A stretch of 64,000 bases of DNA from Dimorphilus gyrociliatus. Its lineage: Eukaryota; Animalia; Annelida. This document shows, piece after piece, positions 63,063 through 64,000 of the stretch. Position 1 is the first letter of the stretch. The number at the start of each line of letters is the position of its first letter. A program made the position numbers and the translations under genes. The stretch is from positions 620,001 through 684,000 of the forward strand of contig CAJFCJ010000015.1 in assembly GCA_904063045.1 (NCBI GenBank), given 5' to 3'. The notes below the pieces were generated by a model. That model did no database searches. It had not been told where the DNA came from and saw only the letters and a list, made by a program, of their open reading frames with translations.

Positions 63063-63972
63063 TTAGGAATGCTTACCGATAACTTCTTGTTTCAATTTAT
63101 TCGCTATTGCTCGTCTCATTGCCATTTTCTTTTCGTCTTCTGGATCTGCTGCTAGGGTAGGATTTGCTGCATTTCTCGCAACTCTCGCTGATGTTGGCCT
63201 AGCTCTGGCAGTACTTTCATCTGCCAGCTTCTCTTCACGTTTAGCTTTCTTCATAGCCAATAATTTGTCTCTTTGACTATTTAAGAAAGCTTGACGTTTC
63301 GCTAACTCGTCTGGGGACATTTTCTTCATTTGTTGCTATTTTTAACAAAATGAAAAAGGTTAAAAGGGCAAACTTTAAGAGTAAAAGAATCTAGATTGTG
63401 GTAATTACCAGAAGAGCCATCGTATTACTGGGTCCCGTGTTCTCTGATTTAGCAGCTGCTAGCCAGGAACTTGCTGCCTGTGCGCCAGTTATTGGAGTAA
63501 TGCCGCTTCCTACTTTTGGAAGATTTTTTGCATTTCCACTCTCTGGTTGACCTTGTGGTCGTCCTTTGGATGACGAGCCCCTAGCTTTAGCAGGTTCGGG
63601 AGCTTTCGATGATGGTTTTGAAGGCATCGCGCTTCCTTTATCTTCAAGTCCCATTTTAATAAAATCCTGCTCTAGTTCGGCCTTTCTATTTTCTAGTACA
63701 GCTGCTTCTTCCTTAGCAAAAGTTGCGTGTTGAACACTCTCTTTGGCCTCTTCTTTCTTAATTTCTTCTTCTAAGGATTTCCTAAAGAAAATTAAGTAGA
63801 AATTAAATAATCCAAAAAATCCTAACGTCCTTCTCCCTTACTTGACAATTTCTTTAAGTAATTTTTCATCTTCCGGATCCAAACTGGGCGCAGCTTCAGC
63901 AACAGCCGCGACATCTTGAGGTGTCATAGAATCAGGTAAACGTCCAAGTTTTTTAATAAGTAAAAATAGGAC
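63063..63972 (-). CDS. CFAP36: CFAP36/CCDC104 (cilia- and flagella-associated protein 36), 3' exons 63972-63842, 63781-63409, 63335-63063; 5' part lies beyond the right edge
   Basis: Spliced translation ...GRLPDSMTPQDV...DPEDEKLLKEIVKKSLEEE...SPDELAKRQAFLNSQRDKLLAMKK...MRRAIANKLKQEVI resembles the CFAP36 C-terminal half as I recall it (LPD...EE.KILREVLRKSKEE; QKRDKL...RRLLAEKLKEEVI). All junctions are GT-AG and in frame. Confidence 0.78.
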
Positions 63973-64000
63973 CTAAAAACCAATAAATAGTATTAAGATT

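Overview
AT-rich, gene-dense animal (bilaterian) genomic DNA with very short introns, mostly 50-140 nt. This style suggests a compact invertebrate genome, possibly a miniaturised spiralian/annelid; that is inference only. Gene order: Six3/6 (minus, runs off the left edge, absent from the ORF track); two head-to-head TMEM86/YhhN paralogs; a TSSK kinase; Six1/2 (minus) followed by ~13 kb without a recognisable gene; two tandem ABCG8-like half-transporters; an intronless Frizzled-1/2/7; an internally deleted Tc1 transposon with IR/DR-type ends; a ~11.5-kb EGF/NIDO/AMOP/VWD/EGF/multi-SEA transmembrane mucin-like gene; alpha-actinin; a short TTBK-like kinase; and the 3' part of CFAP36 (minus, runs off the right edge). 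The most striking hidden structure is in alpha-actinin: two consecutive pairs of duplicated, mutually exclusive exons in CH2, plus four frame-preserving candidate cassette or microexons (9, 66, 3 and 18 nt). All exon structures were assembled by eye from splice signals and reading frame, without transcript data. I found no tRNA, rRNA or CRISPR array.
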